Assembly: GCF_001447785.1 (NCBI RefSeq) | Contig: NW_015169189.1 | Location: 390,354-454,353, forward strand | Length of the DNA stretch: 64,000 nt | Origin: Gekko japonicus | Lineage: Eukaryota | Reading direction: 5' to 3' | Shown: positions 25,643 through 37,221 of the stretch, piece after piece | How positions within the stretch are numbered: position 1 is the stretch's first letter | Layout of the letters: each line of letters begins with the position of its first letter | The notes under the pieces: generated by a model | What the model saw: only the letters and a program-made list of their open reading frames with translations | What the model was told of the DNA's origin: nothing | Databases searched by the model: none | Translations under genes and position numbers: made by a program

Positions 25643-27239
25643 TTTTTTAGTATTTTTTAGTATTGCACTCACTTTCTGAAAATGGTTTTTATTTATTAAA
25701 ATGGATGTACTTGTTTGACCTTTCAGTTAATAATGATATGCAAGGTAGCACAGATAACATGTAGTAATTGTTGTCTCTTGCTGGAATTGCAGCAGTTGTT
25801 TCTTTAGTAGTTGCAGAACATTGCCTAGCAAATGCTTTCACTATTCTAGTCATCTGAGAAAGTGCATTGATTTTTTTCAATGCTGAGAGCAAGCAAGGAA
25901 GTCCTCAGTCTTATGTGCTTCCTTTTCACTCCCCCACTTCTCAGACATGGCTGGAAAATCAGATACTGGTTTGGTTGCAGTCAGTCTGGAGAAGCTAGGC
26001 TCCAAATAGGGGCATATATGTGTTTTATTTACACACTTAACAGTGCAGTCCTAAAACTGCTTTCCTGGTAAGCCCCTCTGAGTAGACTTTAGATGGATTC
26101 TGATCAGATTTGATTATGTTTACACTGTAGAGCGCTCAGATCTTGTAGATTTTCCTTTGTCAATAAATGTTGTAATGTTAAATATTGAAGTGTCTATTGT
26201 ATAGACCTCACATCAAAATAGTAACTATTTTCCAAGTGACAATTAAATGCAAGTAAGTTTTAATTCTATACATAAAAGAAAATCTCAATAAATTCAGTGG
26301 GACTTTTTTCAGAGCAAACATAGATGGATTTGGGGTGCCAATAATGCAATATATTAACTAGATTCATTAGAATTATGTGTTGTTCAGTGGAAGTCACCTA
26401 AAGTTTTGGAGAGTATAAAGGGCATGTTGCCAAATTAGTGGTCACCTTAAAACTCCAAAAATTATGCTCAAAATGTTAGCAGAAAATGGAATGTTTTATC
26501 TAAAAACAAATTCTGTTTAGCTTTGAAATATACATTACCACTGAAACTAAATTAGCCCTTTATTGGTCTGTCAATTTCCTGTACATCAGACAACTGTCAC
26601 CTCACAAGTTTGTTAAAGCATATTAACATTAAGGCAAATCCCAGTTGACTCATTGCCCAAGTGTATAAACATTTTATAGAAACCTGGAATACTTTTTAGT
26701 TCTGCAAGTTTTGTCAATAAATATGTTTTAAAAGAATAGTAATTCCACAATAGTGATTTGATATCTCTGAATGTTTTCAGGATTTAAAATACCATCACTT
26801 TGAAACAGAAAGTGTTTTGTTTTTCTACTTCATGAGCATTTATTTATATATTTACTGTGATTGTGAATCACTGCTCAACTAAAAAAAATGGCTGAGGCAA
26901 TATATAATAAAATGAAGGAAAAACCATCCCTGAAAGTGCATATGCCATTCTAGGTTCGAAAATGTCAGTTGCAGGAGCTTCCTTTCCTGTTTCTCACAGT
27001 CTAATTGTCTAGAACGTTCTTTTTCAGCTGCTCTCTTCAATCAGCTAATTTAAGGCAAACCAAGATGGTTCTTAAGCAGGCCTGTGATGGCAGCTGGGCA
27101 TGGGAAGGAATGTTTCCACTAGAACTGAGTAGAAGATTGTCACCAGGCCTTCAGTCTTCTCTGTCTTGTGCTTTTGAAATAGATATTCCGTAAGATGTAT
27201 CTCCCAAGTATTCATTCTTTCTCTGTTTGCTATGACCAG

Positions 27240-27364
27240 GTCAAATATATTCTACAGAGCCTGTATGGATATTCCCAGGGGTACAGAGTTGTTGGTGTGG
27301 TACAATGACAGCTACACATCTTTCTTTGGAATTCCTTTGCAGTGCATTGCCCAGGATGAGAACT
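27240..27364 (+). CDS. PRDM6: PRDM6 coding exon, end of PR/SET domain (125 bp)
   Basis: gaccag|G TCA...AAC T|gtaagt; (R)[41 protein letters not shown](L) with the ELLVWY PR/SET motif; phase 2 to 1, in frame with neighbours. Confidence 0.97.
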
Positions 27365-27884
27365 GTAAGTGTCATATTTCATGTCCACCACTACCTACCC
27401 TAATTCATGTTTCACACTGGAGTCAAGAACGAAATTACCTACACTATCTATGTGCTTGGGCTGGCCCTGGAGTCTGCATGATTTCATTTTCAGCAAGTAG
27501 AGTGAGGGGTTAAGCTTGGCTTACCATGTATTGGTGTCAGCAGTGCGGGTTTCATCCAAAAGTGTAAATGAAACTGGTGATTGTCCTGAGGCAACCAAGG
27601 ATAAACTGAGGTTTATTCAGACTCCAAATTTGGTGAGAGGAAATTTGGGAGGGCTGATTAAATAATTGAATCCTAGTGGTGTCTGGCAAAATGGAAGTAT
27701 AAGGATGGTCCATCTTGGCATACAATTTCTATGTACTGGCCATGAGAAATAAGGTACAACTACACAGTATACTGGTAGCCTGATGGGCTATTCACAGTTA
27801 GGATAACCCACACTGAAGAGAGAATGTGAACTTGAATGTGCTGCTGCAGGTAAGTACAGCTCTGGTTTAACCAATTCACTAAAG

Positions 27885-27970
27885 GTGCCATCCTAAAAAG
27901 AGTTATACCCTTCTAAACTCATTGTCTGCAGTGGGTTTAGAAGAGAATAACTCTGTTTAGGATTATACTG
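27885..27970. repeat. Short palindromic interspersed repeat (related copies ~640-700, 30075-30163, 39885-39982, 51368-51640)
   Basis: atcctaaaaagagttatacccttctaaactcattg...gtgggtttagaagagaataactctgtttaggat hairpin; likely old MITE. Confidence 0.6.
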
Positions 27971-29735
27971 TTAGTCTCATGACCTCATTCCAGAGCACAG
28001 GGGCAATAACGAAGCTTTGGCTGTTACACTTCAACAAAGAGCACTGCTTTGGAAAAGGCAAAACTAAAAAAAGATGTCTATACATTGAAATTATATATAT
28101 ATATATTATATAAATTAAAAAGGCTACAGAAAGATTTTATGAGAAAATAAGATGCATTCATATGATCCTTTTTCTCCTGAGAGTTTTGTCTTCTGGAGAA
28201 TCCACATGGAGCTGAAACTTGGGAAAGACACAAATCACACTAGGGATTTAGAACCATTTTTCAAATTTATTTTGAAACCTGAATTCAGCAGAGAGAGTAT
28301 GAATCCATGCCTTGGTCTAGGACCAGAATAAAGGCCTGCACACTGTTTATAGCATGTCACAGAAACTTAGCTTATGGTCTACATAGTGTATTTCAGCTAG
28401 AATAACCACTGACAATATTCCTTAGCTCTTTCATTTGATTAACTGGGAAAGTTTATTTCATTTTCATTTTAAATAAGAAGAATTGGTGTATAAGACATCA
28501 AATACATTCATGCCTCAGCTGGAGCTGTGCATTCAGTCCCAGCTGTTGGATCAGACTTTAACACGCACAATACACCTGGATGGATTGGGGCAAGTGAGTG
28601 AAAAATAATCACATAATTGTGTCTCCTGTGAATGTACTGTCAACACACCACAACTATGCTGTTGTGCACACTTATGAGAGAAGGGCACACTGCAGGCAGA
28701 GTGGGTTGTCACAAATGTTCTGGCTGAGGAAGTTTATAAAATGAAGTGTGACATGTACATTGATATTATCTAATTGTAATGTTATTATCTAACTGATTTT
28801 ATGGTTTATGATATAAGTCAATTTCATAAAATCAAACAAAGATCACCAGCAAACAGCTGTAAACCATGACAGCCTCTGCAATGCTTTAAAAATATCTATA
28901 ATTATTCACCGTTCTCTTATACCTGAGTCATTTCATTGCTGTCAGATGTGAAGCATTTCTCTTTTAATATGATTATATATAAAAGTTTATTTTCATACCC
29001 ACTTTATGTTTAACAGAGGAGGAAATGATGCAGGGTTAAATTCTTTATCTCTTGAAGTAACTTTTATTTTTACAGTGACTTATATTGATCAAATTGTGAT
29101 AATAAGTGCATGTACTGAAGACATTGGTTTTGCATGAGACTAACATAAGCTTTTGGTTAGCTTCTGGGCTTCATACACTTAAATGTAGTGAGACATAGGT
29201 ATTGAAACAACAGTGACTTAAAGTAAAGTCCTTTTATTCCTATATTTATACTTCAATCGTAAGCAGAGTTACACCTAAGCCTACTGACAGAATTTGAAAA
29301 TCTCTTGCAATACAAGCATTCTCCCCCAGTGCTGCTATATGGTATTGTTTTGTACTTTTCTAAGCCAGGGTTTTAAAAAAAAAACAACACAGTTCAGGCC
29401 TCCTTTACAAAGATAACATTGTTTAACAACATGAACTTATGGAGTTAGATAGCATTAATGGCTGTTGACCTATGTGTGAACACACATTCCTTAGGTTTTA
29501 AGGATATAAACTATAGCTAATCTTATGCCACAAAACCTAAACACATTTATATGGAAGTAAGCATAATTGATGTCAGTTAAATTTACTTCCTGGTATTTGT
29601 GTGTAGACTCACAAGCGCTATTTTATAGGTGCTATTTTATAGAGCATGAGTAAGTGTAACTAGAGAGTCCAGAACCTGCCTTGGGACTGGTACTGGACTT
29701 TCAACTTCTATGGGCTACAAAATATAAATTAGAGT

Positions 29736-29985
29736 GCCAGTTTGGTGTAGTGGTTAGGAGCATGGACTCTAATCTGGGAGAACCAGGTTTGATTCCCCAC
29801 TCCTCCACATGCAGTCAGTCACAAGATCTTTAAGAGCTGTTCTCTCAAGGGCAGTCCTCGAGAGAGCTGGCTTAGCCCCACCTACCTCACAGGGTGTCTG
29901 TTGTGGGGAGAGGAAGGGATTGTAAGCCACTCTGAGACTCCTTTCGGGTAGTGAAGGGTGGGATATAAATCCAATCTCTTCTTCT
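29736..29985 (+). mobile_element. Squam3-like SINE
   Basis: A-box tggtgtagtgg, B-box ggtttgattcc, (TCT)n tail. Confidence 0.8.
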
Positions 29986-30511
29986 ATCAATTACCTTCCT
30001 GCTCCAACTCATCACATCAGTTACAGACTCTCTGGGATGAAGGACTGATTTGCTTATCTCACAGCGGTGACTATCAGTGCAATCTTAAATAGAGTTATAC
30101 CTTTCTAAGTCTATTAATTTCAATGGCCTTAGAAGGGTATAACTGTGTTCAGGATATCACTGATAGAGAGTCTAGATTTTAGTAAGGAAGAAGATTATTA
30201 TATTTTATAGGTTGAAATGTTTGTGCACAATTCCTGTTCCTCAAATAAGTGATTAAAATGTATGCCTACTGTCTACAATATAGAGATTTGTAATTATGAA
30301 TAGTGCAGTTTGACATCTCATATCATATAGTGAACTAGCTAACTTATTTTGGCATTATTTTAGGAAACCATTTTCTAGCTGCTGGTGCTTTTAGTCTGCA
30401 TCATTAATATTCAGCTCTTATTTTAGTCACTAATTTTTATATTAACCCAAATGAGTTTCATATATCTGATTGCTTTATTATAAAATAAAAAAAGTTTTCT
30501 CCTTCTCCTAG

Positions 30512-30854
30512 TGAATGTACCTTCAACTGTAATGGAAGCCATGTCAAGACAAGATACCCTCCAACCATTTAACAAAAGTAGCAAACTACCTTCTGCCACT
30601 CCCCAGCGATCCATAGTGTTTCCACAGACTCCATGTAGCAGAAATTTCTCCCTTCTGGATAAATCAGGGTCTATCGAATCAGGATTTAACCAGATCAGTG
30701 TGAAAAACCAGCGAGTCCTTGCAAGTCCGACATCTACAAGCCAATTAAATTCCGAGTTTAGTGACTGGCATCTTTGGAAATGCGGGCAATGCTTTAAGAC
30801 TTTCACCCAGCGGATCCTCCTGCAGATGCATGTGTGTACACAGAATCCTGACAG
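30512..30854 (+). CDS. PRDM6: PRDM6 coding exon, linker plus degenerate zinc finger 1 (343 bp)
   Basis: ctcctag|TG AAT...GAC AG|gtaata; [14 protein letters not shown]...[26 protein letters not shown](R); phase 1 to 2. Confidence 0.97.
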
Positions 30855-31264
30855 GTAATATATGGACATTCTTTATATCTGTATCTACCAACAGTCAGTT
30901 CCACTGCTTTCTGCTTTTATCAGGTTGTAATCCTTTTTGCCACTAGACCATTATTAAGAAGACCCAGCACAATGCAATTCATCTGCTGTTATATAAAACA
31001 CAAATATTGGCTGTAGCCTGGCTTTATTATTTGTAAAAAACCCAAAACATTGGGATACCTTAAATACACAGATAAGAGAAAATGGTTAAGAATATAATCT
31101 TGGTTTGGTGCATCTGTTAGGGAGGGAACAAAATAGAAGGAAAATGTATGGATATCACAGATGGAAAAAGGGGTCAAGATAATTAGAAGTCATTCTATCT
31201 TAGAAAGATAATATAACTTGCTGCTCAGCAGCTGTCATAGTCATTTCAGGGTTCACCTATAGTG

Positions 31265-31572
31265 NNNNNNNNNNNNNNNNNNNNNNNNNNNNNNNNNNNN
31301 NNNNNNNNNNNNNNNNNNNNNNNNNNNNNNNNNNNNNNNNNNNNNNNNNNNNNNNNNNNNNNNNNNNNNNNNNNNNNNNNNNNNNNNNNNNNNNNNNNNN
31401 NNNNNNNNNNNNNNNNNNNNNNNNNNNNNNNNNNNNNNNNNNNNNNNNNNNNNNNNNNNNNNNNNNNNNNNNNNNNNNNNNNNNNNNNNNNNNNNNNNNN
31501 NNNNNNNNNNNNNNNNNNNNNNNNNNNNNNNNNNNNNNNNNNNNNNNNNNNNNNNNNNNNNNNNNNNNNNNN
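31265..31572. other. Assembly gap (308 N)
   Basis: Run of N. Confidence 1.
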
Positions 31573-32167
31573 TCTGACCAGTGCCCCAGTAGAGATAATG
31601 GAACTATTATTTATTAATCAAATCTAGTTTATTTGACAATCTTGATCGCTAGCAGCACAAAGGACAAAAATCAGATTAATTCAATAAAAAGACTGCTCCT
31701 GTTTTTGTCTTTCCTTTAGCAGCAAAAAGATGCATTAATAACACAACTGACTTTCCTGGAATAATCATTCTGGGCACAATCCACCAAGTATTACTGCTGC
31801 ACACAGCCTCACTGGTGAAAATGGATTCTGGAGAGATATCAGTGAGTTCCATCAACAGTTTATGTTTTTCACTGAGTCCAGAGTACTGTTTTCACAGGGC
31901 TCTGAAATTATAGCAAAATTGTAAATTCACTTTCAGCACAGTGCAGCCTCAATTCATTTCTGTGATTGTTCCATGAAGGGTTCTGTATGTGATCAGCTTA
32001 AATGAAGATGGTTATACAGAAGAGGTGGTTCTTTGGTTGTAATGTCTAAACGTATCACCCTGGATTCCCAAAGTTAACAAATTTTTACCAAAACATTTTC
32101 AAGATAAATGGTGATTGTGGCTTTATACTGTTTATAACTAGAAATAGGGTGAGGGGCATATGCATGC

Positions 32168-32389
32168 ATGGTGTAGTGGTTAAGAGCAGCAACTCTAATA
32201 TGGAGAACCAGGTTTGATTCCCCAGTCCTCCACATGAAGCCTGCTGGGTGACCTTGGGCCACTCACAGTTTTCTCAGAACTCAGCCCCACCTACCTCACA
32301 AGGTGTCTGTTGTGAGGAGAGGAAGGGAAAGTGATTGTAAGCCGCTTTGAGACACCTCAATAGGGTATAAAAACCAGCTCTTCTTCTTC
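32168..32389 (+). mobile_element. Squam3-like SINE
   Basis: Pol III boxes, core and (TCT)n tail as above. Confidence 0.8.
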
Positions 32390-33161
32390 ATTCCAAGACA
32401 CATACAGAGTTCTTGCAGTGCAATGTAAGGCATAGGTCTGTGTACACCACAGGATGAGTGTTAAGAGCAGGTCCTTTGCAGGCAGGAGGGGGGGTGCGGC
32501 GGTCCTTTTTTATTGGACCCTCATGCCTGAAAGTATTTAATAGACTAGGGCAATGTGTGAAACCAGTCTTAATGCATGTAAAGTCATAAAACACATAAAA
32601 GGAATCCACACCAAAATTTTAATTATAAAATTTTAAGCTGCAAAAATTTCTTACACCTTTCAGATTTCTTTAGGTTTAATATTGGTTCCAGAAATGAGTA
32701 CTGACCAGATCTATACATAAGTTCTTTTACTGTTTATTTCCTTTGTATCATATTTATGTTTTTAATGCTTCTGGCATTTCCATGCAAATACCTGCAAAAG
32801 CATTGTTTCCACTAACTGTAAAATGTAATTTTACAGAGTCCCCAAATATTTGTTTGTATCCAGTGATGTACAAGCAGAAACATGAACTGACTTAGCACAG
32901 TTCCACTTGTGCAAGATCTTATGCCCAGCTCTTCCTTCCCAATATGTTATAGTTCTCAGACATTAGTTGCATAACATTTTGTGAAAGCAGAAAAATGGTT
33001 CAGGATATGCTATCTTTAACTTAGTACAAGGGACTAGTGTGAGGGGTGTTTTTTTTCTACACTTGCACTTGTACAAGAACCTTAGCATGTATGGAAATCT
33101 TCAAGTGGATTTGAGCCATGGAGTGGGATCTTCACCACAAGAGTCCTACTAGTGCTGAAAC

Positions 33162-33627
33162 CAGAGGTCATTTCGGGGGGGGAACGTGGGGATCGCAGTT
33201 CCCCCGGGTGAGGTATGGGGGCGGGGCACATGACGAAGCCCCGCCCCCTGCTTCCGGCCACCCCGCTTCCGGCCCTCATTCAGCCAGGAGGAGGCAGGAG
33301 AAGAGGGAGGGTAAGTTGCTTCCTCCCTGCCTCTCCCCACCCCTGCCTGCCTGGGGCCAGGGAGGGCCTTCGTGGGGCTTCCTTGCACTTCCGCCGGCCT
33401 TGCAGGTCCACCGCCGGGACCCTCATGGGGCTCGGCAGTGGAGCTGCAAGGCCGCCAGCGGTGGCCAGGACCGCTGGGGGCGGGGTGTGTGGCCTTATGA
33501 CACACTTCCAGTGATGTCAGGGGGTGTGGCCTTATGACACACTTCCGGTGATGTCAGGGTGTGTGGCATATGCTAATGAGTTATGCTAATGAGTTCCCCT
33601 AGCTCTTTTTCTACGAAACGACCCCTG
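33162..33627 (+). mobile_element. Young hAT MITE, full length
   Basis: TIR cagaggtcatttcg / cgaaacgacccctg; perfect TSD gctgaaac (33154-33161, 33628-33635); CpG-rich; tandem ~37-bp subterminal repeats. Confidence 0.92.
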
Positions 33628-34312
33628 GCTGAAACTATCTAGGCAGCAAGACACCAGTAAATGAAAATGTAAGAATGAGAAATCTGGCTCAGTGTTCTGA
33701 CTGATTTTTAATGGCAAGGATCTGCAGCTTTTTAAAATCTTGCCAACCAAGCCATCCATCTGTCAGACTCCTGGGCACATTACTCTCAACAACACTCTCT
33801 TTGGCAGTAATATGTTTATCAAGTTATAAGCAAGGTCCAGGTCATAACAGCACTGTGTCAGATCTGAAGATTTTGGCAGGTACAATAATAGATATAGGTA
33901 ATTCAAATGTAACCCCTCCTAAGCCCCACTCAAATGTCACATCCACTCCACCTAGCCCCAGTGACTCAACCCTCCCTTTCACCTGGTAAATATACGATCC
34001 CATTATCTACAAAAGCTAGCTGGCAAGTTTCAAGGACTTTCCTTTGGGAAGGCTTCTTTGGAAGAATTACGCCTCTAAGATAGTGCAGTCACACACTCCA
34101 CACTCACTCCCCCCCACCTAAGGAATTCCCCTGTCCCAGCAACCATGGCAAACTGAGCAGGGCAATATTTGACACATCCTTGACATTGAGCTAAATGATC
34201 AAAACACTGGGCAAATCCAAGTGCCTTGTGTACAGAATCTTCCCATCATGTTCTTTGAAGTTTTTGCATTCACATAACTGTCTGCCATTAGCTGCAATCT
34301 AATATAAATGCC

Positions 34313-34663
34313 TTAAAGGGCTACGGTGACTCAAGTGGTTAAGACGCTGAACTGCAGTCCAGAAGGTCAGTAGTTCAGCAGTTCAAGACCTGAGTCCCAC
34401 ATAACGGTATGAGCTCCTGTCTCTGGTACCAGCTCCTGCCAACCTAGCAGCTCTAAAGCAAGAAATTGCAAGTAGATAAATAGGTACCACTTCGGTGGGA
34501 AGGTAACAGCATTCCATGCGCCTTGGCATCTAGTCATGCCAGCCACATGACCACAGAAACGTCTTTGGACAGCGCTGGCTTTTCATCTTGAAATGGAGAT
34601 GAGCACCGCATCCCTAGAGTCGGATTCAACTGGCTTTCAAGCAAGGGAAACCTTTACCTTTAC
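34313..34663 (+). mobile_element. Full-length Sauria SINE
   Basis: tRNA-like head, (ACCTTT)n tail, 14-bp TSD ctaatataaatgcc (34299-34312, 34664-34677). Confidence 0.9.
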
Positions 34664-37031
34664 CTAATATAAATGCCACTAGCTGATGCTTTGTATATGG
34701 GTTGAGACAGGGCCAGTGTCCACATATCCTGAGGCGGGGCATCTGCCAGGGCCCAGGCCTCCTGGCAGGGCCTGCTGCCAGCAGTCCCTGCCATCAAACC
34801 TCCTATGCTACTGGCCTGCACTCCCTTCCTACGCCCACTTGCTTGCAAGCATTACAGGGCTCCACCTTCTGTATTCCTAGCTACCTGGGCTGGTGACATT
34901 CACAGCAGCAGCACTCCCAACTGCACACACCTCCCACTGCCATTGAGGAAAGGTCATGTAGGTGGTTGTGTGAGGGATCATGAGCAGTCAGGGAAGTATG
35001 CACAGGAAGATAGTGGGGTAAATGAATGTGGGGCAGAAAGGGAGGAGTGAAAGGGGGTTAGGAGGAGGGGGACCTGAGAACTTTCTGCTCAGGAACCCTC
35101 AAAACCTGGAACCAGCCCTGTGTAGAGGTCTCAAATGAAAGTTCATAGTTCTCACAACAGCAAATATAGTAGTGGACAGAGCAGTGGGCTATCTGAAAAA
35201 GCCAAATTGTGTAACTATTAGCAGAAAGCACAACTGTCAATAGCATATTTCACACTGGGTGGTAATAACACCCTGGAAGTTTTGCATTTTTCAGATATTA
35301 CTTGTGGGCTATAACCTTTTAGGCTAAGAGATGAGGTGGTTTATGTTGGAAAAAGAAGACTCAGATCATATACCTCCCTTCACAATTGATTACTATGACA
35401 GGTTGGCATCAAATTAACACTGTCACAATGAAACTAAGATTGGGGAGAAGAGTCTCCTCCCAAGTTAGAGTCAGATGGCCACTTGTTCTACTGGGAAGAA
35501 AGAAGTATCTTGACACTGGATTGTTGTTCCAATAAACCAGTATTATGAGAGTATTACTGTGACAGACAGTAAATGGTTAATGCTGTAACTTGGGCTGAGA
35601 AACTTGAGTAATAGGGGATTCAAATGGAATTCTTCAGTTGAGAGTGTCAGTTAGGAATTGAGAGAGCAAAGCAGACTACGAGAGGATCAAGAACGATCCT
35701 GAGTTAGGGGACAAGTAGCCCATCCCTATCAAGACTGAGGGAAATAGCTTCTAGTGAAGGGAGTTGATCCTATTAAGACTGATGAAAATGGCTCCTATAA
35801 GATGGGGGTGATCTCTAGCCAGTGTATAAGAAAGAAAACCGGAAGTTGTTTGAATGTTCTTGCTTTCACCAACTTTCAAGACTAGCACCAAGAAGCTTAT
35901 ACTTGTTTATGTAAGCAGAGACTGCCAAGAAATCTCTCTCCTCATTTTAAAGTCTTGTCTGAATAACAGAAACAGCTACTTGTTTGTGACAAATTATTTG
36001 GTGTTTATATATATATATACAAAATTACCTCATTCCTGTTATCTGTTCACCTCATAAGTCCTAAACCTGATTCCTACCTGAACATTTTCCCTCAAAGTGA
36101 AATAAAACAGTTTGTTATTTTTTATTTACCATCAGCCTCTTGTGTGCCTTTATCAAAGAAAGATTTTAGTCTCACCCTTCAGTTCCCTAGTCTGGGACAG
36201 CATTTACTAATATACATTAAAACAACTGGGTGGGACAGCCAGAGAAAAAGAGACAAAAAGTGCTGCTCAACTAAGAACAAGATAAAGGGAAATCCTGTGA
36301 GGAAGGGTGAAGTCATATTTACATATTAGCAATTGTAACTCAGCATTAAGGTGAAGAAACCCAGGAATTGACTCTAAATCTACTGTGAATGCAACAGTAC
36401 AAGAGCTAAAGTTGCCCCTCTTTTAGAAGAAAGCATGTTGTTTTCTCATCATGCTTGAGAGCCATAAGTCTCCTAGGCACACTTCCTCCGATTTGATATT
36501 TCATGGATATTCACTTTTGCATACATTGATTTCTATGTTGTTTTGATGTGAAATATATTATAATTATGTACAAGACTTTTTAGGAAGGTTGCTACTGTAC
36601 TGAATTTGGGGTTCTGAGCTCATAGCACAGGATACAGAATTTAGGAGGCTCTGGCAGGCTTCTCTGTGTGCTGGGAACCAAGGTATTGGTTGAGGCCTTT
36701 AGAATGGTGCCAGATGATACAGCACAATATAGGATGATAATGTTATCAACCCACTGTAGGCCATTACCCAGGCCTGTGGAAGGCTGACCACTGTTATGAC
36801 TAGAGCTGAGGAGTGTAATGTGGACATCAGGTAACTTGTTGAAGGCAGCAGCAAAAAAGGAGCCATATCTTCTAGGCAGTATATGGAAACACTATCTCAG
36901 ATTTGTATTTGAGTCAGACAGTGGGTCTGCGTTGATGATACCAGCTAAACTGGTCAACCCAGATCTAGGGAGGCCAGGTCACCTACCTAATTGCTGCTAC
37001 TTCAGTGGTAGGTTAACTGTAAAATACAAGG

Positions 37032-37221
37032 TAGGGTTGCCATCCTCCTGCTATTATAACTGATCTCCAGATGACAGACATCAGCTCCATTGGAGAAAAT
37101 GGCCACTTTCAGGGGTGCATTTGATGGAATTGTTCAAACTTTTCCCCTCCCCAAACTCTGCCCTTCCAGGCTCTACCCCTAAAATCTCCAGGAATCTCCC
37201 AACCCAGAGTTGGCATCCCTA
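37032..37221 (+). mobile_element. hAT MITE
   Basis: TIR tagggttgcca / tggcatcccta; TSD atacaagg/gtacaagg (7/8). Confidence 0.85.

Noticed and set aside
31262-31627. 121-aa ORF of X residues
   Set aside because: Artefact of the N gap.
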